Position numbers and translations under genes: made by a program. From a virus (lineage: Duplodnaviria; Caudoviricetes), in the IMG/VR virus record IMGVR_UViG_3300021511_000252, positions 1 through 64,000 of that record: 64,000 nucleotides of DNA. One strand, 5' to 3'. This document shows, piece after piece, positions 24,198-32,703 of the stretch; position 1 is the stretch's first letter; every line of letters starts with the position of its first letter. The notes below the pieces were generated by a model. It made no database searches. It was given only the letters and a program-made list of their open reading frames with translations, and was not told the origin of the DNA.

Positions 24198-24539
24198 TTA
24201 ACTCTTTTTAAAAGATTTTTCAACAGCTTCCCACACTTTAAGCTCACTTTCATAACATTTCCTTCTACACCATAATCCATCCGCTTCTGTCCTATAGAGA
24301 AATTCTCCACATTTAGGACATCTAATATTGACTATGCCTAAATTTGGATTCGATTTAACTTCTACTCCCGGATTTAAATGCTCAATTAGTTCAAAATTAA
24401 CTTCTTGACTCCCCGTGTTATCTTCTATTGGAGGATAGGGATAATTATCGGCTTTCTTTATTGCCTCTTCTATATCAGAAGCTTCAATTTCCATTATCCC
24501 ATACACTTCCCAATTTACAGGAATTTTAAAGACTGGCAT
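24198..24539 (-). CDS. hypothetical protein with C-terminal zinc ribbon
   Basis: CPKCG...CRRKC. Confidence 0.75.
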   Translation of the reverse strand: MPVFKIPVNWEVYGIMEIEASDIEEAIKKADNYPYPPIEDNTGSQEVNFELIEHLNPGVEVKSNPNLGIVNIRCPKCGEFLYRTEADGLWCRRKCYESELKVWEAVEKSFKKS

Positions 24540-24578
24540 TAATTTTCACCCCCTTTTTCTTTGCTTAAAGTATGGCCT

Positions 24579-24607
24579 ATTATTAATGTTAGATATAAGG
24601 AACGCAA
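24579..24607 (-). promoter_or_regulatory. early promoter family member
   Basis: TTGCGT-TCCTTATATCTAACATT-AATAAT. Confidence 0.7.
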
Positions 24608-24614
24608 GGGTTAT

Positions 24615-24812
24615 TTAATCTGGAATGTCCTCTCTTTCAAATTTCTTCTTATAGAACTGAGCTTCATTTTTTGAACATCCAGAAACTACAGGTTTCGCTT
24701 GTCCATAAAAGATTTGAGAACCCTTTTTCTTAACATCTTTCCGGTAAAAAACGGCCCAAGAACATTCATCATCTCCATCAAATCTTTTGATCACGAATTT
24801 AGATCTTACCAT
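24615..24812 (-). CDS. hypothetical protein
   Basis: 65 aa; FVIKRFDGDDECSWAVF. Confidence 0.7.
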   Translation of the reverse strand: MVRSKFVIKRFDGDDECSWAVFYRKDVKKKGSQIFYGQAKPVVSGCSKNEAQFYKKKFEREDIPD

Positions 24813-24859
24813 ACCGACCTTCTTCCTCAGAACATTTGATCTTTCTTCTTTCTCTCTCT

Positions 24860-24886
24860 AACGTTCAATTATAAAAAAAGGCGAGA
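24860..24886 (-). promoter_or_regulatory. bipartite motif (putative phage-sigma promoter)
   Basis: TCTCGCCTTT-N10-GAACGTT; intergenic, upstream of 24812. Confidence 0.62.
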
Positions 24887-24889
24887 GAA

Positions 24890-25081
24890 TTATTTCTCAG
24901 GAAGCTTTAGTTCCTTAACTAACTCTCTGGCATAATTAGAAACGGTATCGTCTAATCGATAAAAAGCTTCAACTTTCTTTACGGTTCCTAACTTTTTCAC
25001 CTTCTTCTCAATAAAGGCTTTTTGATCTTTCTCAAGCTTTAGTTTTTCTTTCTTCTTCTTTGGCATTATCCTTCTCCCCAT
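24890..25081 (-). CDS. basic hypothetical protein
   Basis: 63 aa ORF overlapping the upstream gene. Confidence 0.6.
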   Translation of the reverse strand: MGRRIMPKKKKEKLKLEKDQKAFIEKKVKKLGTVKKVEAFYRLDDTVSNYARELVKELKLPEK

Positions 25082-25332
25082 AAGACTTTAAGAACTTCTC
25101 CTGGATTAGCCATCCAATCTTTAAACCTTTTATATTCATAGACTTCTTGTAAGGTTAGTCCCAAAAAATCAACAAAGGAATAGTTATGGGCAATCATTTC
25201 TTGAAAGTCAAAGGGGAAAAGGGGGACATGGGTCTCGTCTTCTAGAATTCCACATACTCCCAGTTCCCCCCCAACATCTTCAACTATGAGGCCAACAACA
25301 ACTTCTCTATCTGAACTATCAAATTCTTCCAC
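25066..25332 (-). CDS. hypothetical protein
   Basis: GGGGG RBS; GTG start. Confidence 0.6.
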   Translation of the reverse strand: MEEFDSSDREVVVGLIVEDVGGELGVCGILEDETHVPLFPFDFQEMIAHNYSFVDFLGLTLQEVYEYKRFKDWMANPGEVLKVLWGEG

Positions 25333-25341
25333 ACTTTCCCC

Positions 25342-25836
25342 CTATAATAAGTTTCTTCTAACAGGACTAAGATGATCCACCAACCCCACCGCCCGCAGAA
25401 TATCCACTTCGGTATTTGCCACTTTCTTCCCTTCCGAATCTAATAGTCCATACTGAGAGAGCCTGAACCCCATCTCCTTAGCTCTTACCCGACATTTGAT
25501 ATTAAACACCTTACTGCCTGTAGAATGAAGAACCGCAGAATCAAAATAGTCATCTCCAACTATCATAAAATCTACTTGAATAGGGATTCCCCCCTTAAGA
25601 ATAATTCTACAAGACTTATTTCCATCCGTTAAAACCTCTTCAGCTAAAGATTTAATAGAGGACTTAAGAATCTCTAAATCTGCAGGAACTACAACGAAAT
25701 CAAGATCCCCTACGGTCTTACATTCTCTTCTAAAAGACCCACAGAGACAAAGTCTTTTATAACCATCTAAGGATTTAGTTATAAGAATAGAAGCTTTTTC
25801 TGCATCACCATAGCTAAATCTTCCTTTTCTCGCCAT
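25342..25836 (-). CDS. minimal DNA polymerase X (palm and thumb only)
   Basis: CGSFRR, GDLDFVV, QVDF (three Asp), HSTGS..FN, LSQYGL, TEVDI motifs in 164 aa. Confidence 0.88.
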   Translation of the reverse strand: MARKGRFSYGDAEKASILITKSLDGYKRLCLCGSFRRECKTVGDLDFVVVPADLEILKSSIKSLAEEVLTDGNKSCRIILKGGIPIQVDFMIVGDDYFDSAVLHSTGSKVFNIKCRVRAKEMGFRLSQYGLLDSEGKKVANTEVDILRAVGLVDHLSPVRRNLL

Positions 25837-25874
25837 TTTCTTTACACCCCCTTTCTTTTGTTATTATTTACCTA

Positions 25875-25903
25875 ACAATAATATACAGAGATAAGGAATG
25901 CAA
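25875..25903 (-). promoter_or_regulatory. early promoter family member
   Basis: TTGCAT-TCCTTATCTCTGTATAT-TATTGT. Confidence 0.78.
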
Positions 25904-25906
25904 GGG

Positions 25907-26191
25907 TTATTTATAATCATATTTTTTAAAAGATTCTTCAATTTCTTTAAGCTGATCTTGTGAAAGATTAACAACCCGAGGAGCACCGACTTTAGCACAG
26001 GAAATTTCCCAAGATTCATTCTCTAAATATAAACTTTCACCTTCTAATCTATAATAATGAGAATGATGCTTAGTTGAATTTCTTAACATACCATGAGGAT
26101 GAGAAGATACATAAGGGAGAGCCTTCTCTCCCGTAGGACGAACTAAGAAAAATTCATTATTATATACTCCTCCAGCTATAAAGATAGACAC
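25907..26191 (-). CDS. hypothetical protein
   Basis: AAGGGGG RBS; GTG start. Confidence 0.65.
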   Translation of the reverse strand: MSIFIAGGVYNNEFFLVRPTGEKALPYVSSHPHGMLRNSTKHHSHYYRLEGESLYLENESWEISCAKVGAPRVVNLSQDQLKEIEESFKKYDYK

Positions 26192-26209
26192 TGGCTTATA
26201 CCCCCTTTT

Positions 26210-26386
26210 TTAGTCTAAATCGCTACCATCTTCCTTGCAACACTTCACAATATATATATTTTCAGGTTGCATAAGGCCAAAATGATTTTCTGCATCATTT
26301 TGAGCATCAATAAAGTTCTCGTACACCTGTGGTTCTTCCGCCTCCACAGGAATCCAACAATCTATTCTCCAAAATTTCTTAGCCAT
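26210..26386 (-). CDS. 58-aa hypothetical protein (not in ORF track)
   Basis: AGGAG RBS; MAKKFWRIDCWIPVEAEEPQVYENFIDAQNDAENHFGLMQPENIYIVKCCKEDGSDLD. Confidence 0.7.
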   Translation of the reverse strand: MAKKFWRIDCWIPVEAEEPQVYENFIDAQNDAENHFGLMQPENIYIVKCCKEDGSDLD

Positions 26387-26520
26387 AAGATTCTTTTCTC
26401 CTATTATAGCTTATTAAAGTTTCCTATTCATCGATTCATCATTGCAATAGTGTTTATAGGAACACCTTCATCAAAGATTTTTCTTCTATCTTCATAATTC
26501 CTTCTTCATCTATAAGAAAA

Positions 26521-26718
26521 CTACTCTGATCTCTCCCCTACTATCTCCTCAAAACTAATAGTTATTTCTTCTGGAGTTTTGCTCCCTTTGGGAATATAAA
26601 TTGTTCCCACTATTCCTTCTTTATTATTATCAATAAGGAACCTACGAAACCTTTTTGAATCTTTTTCAAATGTCGCTGTAATCTCTGCCCTTTCTTCTGT
26701 CTTGACTTTCTTTCCCAT
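26521..26718 (-). CDS. small beta-rich hypothetical protein
   Basis: AAGGAG RBS; 65 aa. Confidence 0.7.
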   Translation of the reverse strand: MGKKVKTEERAEITATFEKDSKRFRRFLIDNNKEGIVGTIYIPKGSKTPEEITISFEEIVGERSE

Positions 26719-26882
26719 TTTAATTCTCCTTTCTTTAAAGGTTAATAAAAATTACATCATCCATATCATTCTAATTACACTAATAACAATTATAAGAAGA
26801 ATGACAAAAATCCCAGTCCAAAATAATTTTACCCACAGTTCACCTTCCTTTGCATTACTTTCCCTTACATTATTTTGCACTT

Positions 26883-26911
26883 AATATATATGGCAGATAT
26901 TAGGAACGCAA
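26883..26911 (-). promoter_or_regulatory. early promoter family member
   Basis: TTGCGT-TCC..(17)-TATATT. Confidence 0.7.
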
Positions 26912-26919
26912 GGGTTTTT

Positions 26920-27147
26920 TTAGTTATTTGCAATAACAATTTCGCCACTACCTGAATAAACCTTTCCTTTTTGAATATAGAAATGAGGAACAGTCTTTTT
27001 CTTTATTTCTTCTTTCAGTAAAGCAATCTCCCTACCATGCTCTTCATAATGAGAAGAAACTTGAAGCTCTTGATCTTTAGAGAGAAAAAGAACGGAAACT
27101 AATAAACTTCCAAGAAGAATAAACGCACAAATATCTTCACACTTCAT
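26920..27147 (-). CDS. membrane-anchored hypothetical protein
   Basis: N-terminal TM AFILLGSLLVSVLFL. Confidence 0.65.
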   Translation of the reverse strand: MKCEDICAFILLGSLLVSVLFLSKDQELQVSSHYEEHGREIALLKEEIKKKTVPHFYIQKGKVYSGSGEIVIANN

Positions 27148-27372
27148 CTAATCACCCCCTTTCTTCTTTTTCTTCTTCTTTAACTTCTTCTTTTTTAACT
27201 TCTTTTTAATAGATTTCCGAAGCTTTTCTATTTCTTTTTGAAAGATTTCTTGCCCCTCTTCCGAAAGACGTTTAGAAGCATATTCATCTAATCTCTTAAT
27301 TACTTTCTTCTTCTCAGAAACTGGAAGCTTTAAAATCATTTTGTCTATTTTTCTTGCCCTTTCTTTTTCCAC
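27148..27372 (-). CDS. Lys-rich hypothetical protein
   Basis: GGGGG RBS; GTG start. Confidence 0.6.
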   Translation of the reverse strand: MEKERARKIDKMILKLPVSEKKKVIKRLDEYASKRLSEEGQEIFQKEIEKLRKSIKKKLKKKKLKKKKKKKGGD

Positions 27373-27578
27373 CCCTTCCCCCCTTCTTGAACATACGGAT
27401 TTATACCAAGGGTTCCTTTAATTAACAAAGATTTAACTAACTTAGGATGAGTCTTATAGGTGAAATCAATTATCCTTTGGTCATTTAAAAAAGCTCTTCC
27501 TCTTTTAAGATAAGTGTTAAAGAGAAAGAACCCCCTTTGTGTATTTAAAAAATATTGTCCATGCCTAAATTTCATCAC
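27345..27578 (-). CDS. hypothetical protein
   Basis: GAGGT RBS, directly behind the 27609-27637 promoter. Confidence 0.55.
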   Translation of the reverse strand: MMKFRHGQYFLNTQRGFFLFNTYLKRGRAFLNDQRIIDFTYKTHPKLVKSLLIKGTLGINPYVQEGGKGWKKKGQEK

Positions 27579-27608
27579 ATTTTAACCTCTTTAAATAATA
27601 TATGCTTT

Positions 27609-27637
27609 ATACTATATAACAGATATAAAGAACGCAA
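27609..27637 (-). promoter_or_regulatory. early promoter family member (leftward arm of divergent pair)
   Basis: TTGCGT-TC..(17)-TAGTAT. Confidence 0.75.
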
Positions 27638-27761
27638 GGGGTTTTATACGCATTACCCGCATTACCCGTATTATAATGTTAGACTTGTAGAATAGTATTT
27701 TCCCAAGAAGTCCCAAATTAGAGAAGCAGTATAATACTATATGAATACTTTAAATTAAAGC

Positions 27762-27790
27762 TTGCTTTCCTAACTTCCTTAATGTATTAA
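27762..27790 (+). promoter_or_regulatory. early promoter family member (rightward arm of divergent pair)
   Basis: TTGCTT-TCCTAACTTCCTTAATG-TATTAA. Confidence 0.65.
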
Positions 27791-27845
27791 ACCTTTAAAG
27801 CATTATACTGTTTTCACAATAAACCACTTCAAAGAAAGGAGACCA

Positions 27846-28256
27846 ATGGAAGAATTACGATTAAGATTTTTCGAAGAACTTAAATCCAAAATTGAGAGGA
27901 GAATTAAGAGCCCCATTATTCTATTTTCCAGACCTAAAAATGGAGAAACGATTAAATTAAATGGAGTTGTTTTATACAAGATTCTTAGAGTTCCTAATCC
28001 CTGGAAAAAAAGGGGGGTCGCTGTTTATAAACGGCTTACAGATTCTGCCCTTGATGTTATCGGAGGAAGAAGATCTAAAGGAAGAAATAAATGGATAGGG
28101 TGTGCTTTAACAGAAGCAAATTATTCTATTCTTATGGAAATCCTACTTGAAACTTGCGAAAAGGCAACTATCTCGAGAGGGATAAAGATGAAAGATAAGC
28201 ATACTGGAATAATTCAAAAACCTAAAAAAATTAATCTTAAAAAAGGAGAGAAATGA
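27846..28256 (+). CDS. hypothetical protein
   Basis: AAGGAG RBS; 136 aa. Confidence 0.75.
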   Translation: MEELRLRFFEELKSKIERRIKSPIILFSRPKNGETIKLNGVVLYKILRVPNPWKKRGVAVYKRLTDSALDVIGGRRSKGRNKWIGCALTEANYSILMEILLETCEKATISRGIKMKDKHTGIIQKPKKINLKKGEK

Positions 28257-28729
28257 TGGGAGAAAAAACAAAGAAAGAAGAAATTTGGGAAGAACTTAAA
28301 GCAATGGAAAAAGACACACCCATTAACATGGTTTCTTTATCCAAGAAAATTGGATGTAGTATAAGCTATCTAAGTTCAATGTTCAGATATGCATTAGAAA
28401 GTGGATTCCTTAAATTTCATGAAAGTGGAAATTATGAAATAAGAAAAATTCCTAATTATCCTAAGTTTCAAAAATCAATTAATGCGATGTATAAAAAATA
28501 TAGAAAAGAAACCGGAGGCCCAAGAGGTTCAAGGCCAAGAAGAAAAATGATTCCAAAAGACTTTAAGTTTGAAATCAACAAAGATTCTATTGTTAATATA
28601 ATCAAAGCCCTAATTCAAGAAAACAAAGAACTCAAAGAAAAAGTAAAAAAGCTTCTTAAATATTCAAAGCTTCTTAAAGAAAAAATAGACCAAGAAAAAG
28701 AAACTTTCTTTGAAGAAGAAATAGACTAA
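28253..28729 (+). CDS. winged-helix-like DNA-binding protein with coiled coil
   Basis: INMVSLSKKIGCSISYLSSMFRYALESGFL pattern; C-terminal heptads. Confidence 0.6.
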   Translation: MMGEKTKKEEIWEELKAMEKDTPINMVSLSKKIGCSISYLSSMFRYALESGFLKFHESGNYEIRKIPNYPKFQKSINAMYKKYRKETGGPRGSRPRRKMIPKDFKFEINKDSIVNIIKALIQENKELKEKVKKLLKYSKLLKEKIDQEKETFFEEEID

Positions 28730-28747
28730 ATACATAATGAGGGGAAA

Positions 28748-29488
28748 ATGAAAAAGCTTAACCCGTTAAAAATTAGTTCTGAAGTAGACAGCAGGGCAAG
28801 AGTAGAATTTGTCCTTGAATATTTAGACGAATTTACTGCCTCTTTTTCAATTCCTTTTATGGATAACCTCTATTCTAAAATTTCAAGAACGAAACTAATT
28901 ACATTAAATCAGATAAGAGAAATAGAAAAAAGGGCAGAACATATTCCCATAAAGGAAATAGAGACTCCTGAAATCTACATATGTAAATATTGGACTCTTC
29001 TTTTTCAAATATCTTTTTCTTTAAAAAGAAAGCTTTACAGTAGAAATCAAGAAAAAGAATTATTAGAAAATCTTTTTGACTTTTTTGTTGAAAGGGGATA
29101 CTTAACACAAAAACAAATAAATCTTATAAAATTTACTCTTCCTAAAGAAATAACTAAAATGGCTTCTGGATATATCGCGGCAACCGATCCTTCTATAATA
29201 ATGAGAGATTTTAGCACCACCTTACACGTTGTCTGCAGAAAAATTAATTCCTTTATTTCTATTAACTATGCCGAAAACGAATTTAATAAACATCCCATTA
29301 CAAAAATTTTGTTAGCGCTCTTACCTATTATGTCTTCTTATAAAAAAAGAAAAGGATCATCCCCTATGGAAGAAAAGAAAAATGAAGAATCTTTAATCAT
29401 TAAATCGCCTGAAAAAGAAAAGAAACCTCTGATTCCAAAAGAATTTCTTTCTTTAAGAGAAATGAGAAGAACTCTAATGATTAATTAA
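28748..29488 (+). CDS. hypothetical protein
   Basis: 246 aa; repeated L(T/I)xxQI motifs. Confidence 0.75.
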   Translation: MKKLNPLKISSEVDSRARVEFVLEYLDEFTASFSIPFMDNLYSKISRTKLITLNQIREIEKRAEHIPIKEIETPEIYICKYWTLLFQISFSLKRKLYSRNQEKELLENLFDFFVERGYLTQKQINLIKFTLPKEITKMASGYIAATDPSIIMRDFSTTLHVVCRKINSFISINYAENEFNKHPITKILLALLPIMSSYKKRKGSSPMEEKKNEESLIIKSPEKEKKPLIPKEFLSLREMRRTLMIN

Positions 29489-29506
29489 TATGTACCTAAA
29501 AAAAAC

Positions 29507-29535
29507 TTGCGTTCCCTATATCTAACATATAATAT
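29507..29535 (+). promoter_or_regulatory. early promoter family member
   Basis: TTGCGT-TCCCTATATCTAACATA-TAATAT. Confidence 0.8.
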
Positions 29536-29585
29536 AGTGGCATAAACAAAATTAAGAAAAATTAAAACAAAGGGGGTGAAAAGAA

Positions 29586-30284
29586 TTGGTAAACTGTGGA
29601 AAAACAGAATTTGATGCAAATTCTAAAGACTGCCTTTCCTGCGAAAAAAATCTCAAATGCCTTAGTGACTTTGTCACAAAATTAGGGTGTAAGCTTGGAA
29701 ATATTTGTTCAGACTCAGAAAATCGTTACAATGGGACATGTTCTGCGAAACAGGGTTCTATTTGTGCCGAAATGTATGAATTTAGACTTGCAAAAGCCCA
29801 AGCAGACTGTGACAAGTTTGGTTTTCCTGGAGAAAAAAGCTTGGAAGAATGTCTCTTATGTGATTTGCAAAGATTTAGAGAATGCGAAAGTTGGAACCTA
29901 TCTTTTCGTAATCTTGATCTAACAAAAGATGAAGGGAGGAAAATTTATGAAGAAGAGTTAGAAACTTTCAAATTTGAAAGCGGAAGTTGTTTAGGTCGCT
30001 TTCATTTTTTAGATTCCTGTTGGAAAGAATGTGATTATTGGTTAGAATGTATGCGAATGACAGGAATTAGACCTCAAAAAGATTGTGTTTTCTTTCCTGA
30101 TGTTCTTGAAATTAAACAAACCTCTAAACTTAGATTAAATTGTTCATCCTGTAAATTATCTGAAAAATGCTCTGGTCTTCTAAATGAAATGATTGAAGCT
30201 ACTATAAGAAAACAAGAAGAAAAAAAACTCTTTAGGAACTTTTATTCTATTGAAGAAATCAGAGGAACCTTTATGGAGGATTAA
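29586..30284 (+). CDS. 20-Cys protein with five 4-Cys modules
   Basis: AAGGGGGT RBS, TTG start; repeated C..F..CxxC..C. Confidence 0.8.
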   Translation: MVNCGKTEFDANSKDCLSCEKNLKCLSDFVTKLGCKLGNICSDSENRYNGTCSAKQGSICAEMYEFRLAKAQADCDKFGFPGEKSLEECLLCDLQRFRECESWNLSFRNLDLTKDEGRKIYEEELETFKFESGSCLGRFHFLDSCWKECDYWLECMRMTGIRPQKDCVFFPDVLEIKQTSKLRLNCSSCKLSEKCSGLLNEMIEATIRKQEEKKLFRNFYSIEEIRGTFMED

Positions 30285-30287
30285 AAA

Positions 30288-30518
30288 ATGACAACTATGC
30301 CCAAAAAGAAAACAGCCAAAGGAAAAAACGAAATTCAGATTTTATTTTCTGAACCTTTAAAACTTAACCAAACGGGAACAAGCTCTGTAGACATAAAGAG
30401 AAATTCTAAAGGAAGTACAGAATTTTCTGTTAAAGTCTACGCACTTTCCCCAAAGGACGCAGAAAGAGAAGCTACCAAGATATACAATTCTCTCAGAAAA
30501 CAATATCCGGTAGACTAA
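30288..30518 (+). CDS. hypothetical protein
   Basis: 76 aa; STEFSVKVYA. Confidence 0.7.
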   Translation: MTTMPKKKTAKGKNEIQILFSEPLKLNQTGTSSVDIKRNSKGSTEFSVKVYALSPKDAEREATKIYNSLRKQYPVD

Positions 30519-30943
30519 TGGCTTTACGACCTAAAACACAAACAGATAATACCGGCACAAAATATCATCTGATCTCTGGAATAAACATAGAATGTTCCGG
30601 ACAAGATTGTGCCTTTTGCCAAGGAGAAACAGACATCTCTTTTCATGATTGGGAGAATTCTATTCCATTTCCTATCCCCCAGAAAGGGAAACGTTACAAA
30701 AACCCTCTTATTCAAAAAAATAGAGGCAAAACTATTATGGAGATCTGTTATACTTGCAAAAAGATTCCATGTTATATTTGCCGCAGAACTAAATGTCCTA
30801 AATGGATGAAAGAAGAACATTTTAAAGGACAAGAAAGAGGATGTGAAAGTTGGGAAAATGGTCGTTGTTCTGAATTCTCCTGCGAATTTAATCTCATTCG
30901 TACTCATTGGAAGGGGAAAGAAAATGACCGAGGTAGGATATGA
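30518..30943 (+). CDS. Cys-rich hypothetical protein
   Basis: TAATG coupling; several CxxC motifs. Confidence 0.65.
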   Translation: MALRPKTQTDNTGTKYHLISGINIECSGQDCAFCQGETDISFHDWENSIPFPIPQKGKRYKNPLIQKNRGKTIMEICYTCKKIPCYICRRTKCPKWMKEEHFKGQERGCESWENGRCSEFSCEFNLIRTHWKGKENDRGRI

Positions 30944-31559
30944 CTTCTATGAAGAAGAATTAAAAAGACTCTATAGTAAAATCAAAAAAGAGTTTGAAAC
31001 GGAAATAGTTAAGTTCCTAAAAAAAGAACAAATTCTCCCTAACACAGATAAGTATAATGTTGAGCAAGACTTTCTAGAAATAGATAAGTGGAGAATTTCA
31101 ACAACAGGACAAAAGACCTATACTTCAGAAGCTTCTATTTTAGAAAAAGAAGATATAAAGAATATTAAAGGTTGTCTTACCCTAACTAAAAATGGATTAA
31201 AGATTTATCCATCTTTTCTCTTTGAATTTGATGCCACTAATTCAAAATTCTCATTTAATCCAGAAGAGGTAAAGAAAATAATAGCCAAAGACATTAAGAG
31301 AGAATCCTGGTCTATCTACTCTTTGCTTGGAGAGGAAAGAACTTTAAACGTCTACAATAGGAAGAAAGAAGAGCAATTAAAGAAGTTACAGAAAGATGCT
31401 ATACCTCTTCTTAAGGGAGTAGGGTTTTCAGAAGACGAATCGAACCTAATGGTTGTTGGAGCTTTAAAGCATAACCAATTTAAAGACGATATGACCCCAG
31501 AGGGGCTGGTAGGCTTGGCACTAAGGGTTCGTGGAGAAATTCTTACGAATACTAAATAG
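30924..31559 (+). CDS. hypothetical protein
   Basis: Start revised to ATG 30924 after AAGGGG. Confidence 0.7.
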   Translation: MTEVGYDFYEEELKRLYSKIKKEFETEIVKFLKKEQILPNTDKYNVEQDFLEIDKWRISTTGQKTYTSEASILEKEDIKNIKGCLTLTKNGLKIYPSFLFEFDATNSKFSFNPEEVKKIIAKDIKRESWSIYSLLGEERTLNVYNRKKEEQLKKLQKDAIPLLKGVGFSEDESNLMVVGALKHNQFKDDMTPEGLVGLALRVRGEILTNTK

Positions 31560-31563
31560 GCCC

Positions 31564-31592
31564 TTGCATTCTTAATATCTAACATTTATTAT
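31564..31592 (+). promoter_or_regulatory. early promoter family member
   Basis: TTGCAT-TC..ATATCTAACATT-TATTAT. Confidence 0.8.
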
Positions 31593-31620
31593 AGGCTAAA
31601 TTTAAACAAAGGAGGTAATA

Positions 31621-32643
31621 ATGGCGAAATTCCGAATAGGAAAGGCTGAAGTAGATGTACGGTCTGACCCAAATGGAAAATGTATCAATTTCGGTAAAGC
31701 CCGATGCGTTCACCATAAATTAGGGAAAGAACAAAAAGCTCTTCCTAAAACTAAGAGATGTAAAGGGAAAAACAAAAAGTGTAAGTTCTTTATTGGAGAA
31801 TCTGCGTTTGTTCCGCAGTTCGACCAAGACTATCTTCTTCCAGATAAAGAAACTGAAACTTTAGCTTTTGCGTTACAAACCGGAGATAACCTTTTATTTT
31901 CAGGAATTCCTGGCGTTGGGAAGACCAGTCTTGTGAAACAATTAGCGGCGATCTTAAATTGGGGGGTTATCCAATTTTCTTGTAGTGAAGAAACAAGTTC
32001 TGCAAAGCTTTTAGGACAATGGGTTGTTGCAGGAAAACAAATGGAATGGAACGATGGCTATATTACAACAGCTATGAAAAGAGGGTTTATTCTTCTTGAA
32101 GATGAAGCAGACTTTATGAGACCTGAACTTCGTGGGGAATTACATTCTATTATGGAAGATAAAGGAACTGTAATTTTATCAGCATTACACCCCGAAAGTA
32201 AGAAACCATTTCAAGAAGTCGTTACTAAACATCCTAACTTTAGATGGATATCTACCGCTAATACTATAGGATTAGGTGATGACTTGTTTCAATATCATGG
32301 CGTACAATATTTCAATGCCGCCGCAAGAGATAGATATTCTCTAATTATCAAATTTCAAAACAAAGCCCCTGAAGAAGAAATTAAAATTCTTACAAAGAAA
32401 ACAGGCATAGAAGAAGATTTAGCAAAGAAAATGGTTAAAATCGCAAACGACTGTAGAAATGATGAATCGAAAGAAATTTTATTCCAGTTTTCTCTAAGAA
32501 GACTTATCAGTTGGGCAAACTATTGGAAAAAGATTGGACCTGATGCTTCTTCTGAATTGGCCGTCCTTAATTTCTGTAGCGATACAGACAGATACTATAT
32601 TCAAGGTTTAATGCGAACTAATTTAGACATATTTAAAGATTAA
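31621..32643 (+). CDS. cobS: MoxR/CobS-like AAA+ ATPase
   Basis: GIPGVGKTS Walker A, LLEDEAD Walker B, ISTANT sensor, AARDRY Arg finger, FSLRRL. Confidence 0.9.
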   Translation: MAKFRIGKAEVDVRSDPNGKCINFGKARCVHHKLGKEQKALPKTKRCKGKNKKCKFFIGESAFVPQFDQDYLLPDKETETLAFALQTGDNLLFSGIPGVGKTSLVKQLAAILNWGVIQFSCSEETSSAKLLGQWVVAGKQMEWNDGYITTAMKRGFILLEDEADFMRPELRGELHSIMEDKGTVILSALHPESKKPFQEVVTKHPNFRWISTANTIGLGDDLFQYHGVQYFNAAARDRYSLIIKFQNKAPEEEIKILTKKTGIEEDLAKKMVKIANDCRNDESKEILFQFSLRRLISWANYWKKIGPDASSELAVLNFCSDTDRYYIQGLMRTNLDIFKD

Positions 32644-32652
32644 AAATAACCC

Positions 32653-32681
32653 TTGCAATCCAAAATTCCTTATATTATTAT
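32653..32681 (+). promoter_or_regulatory. early promoter family member
   Basis: TTGCAA-TCC..(17)-TATTAT. Confidence 0.72.
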
Positions 32682-32703
32682 ATAATAAATTTACAAAAAG
32701 GAG

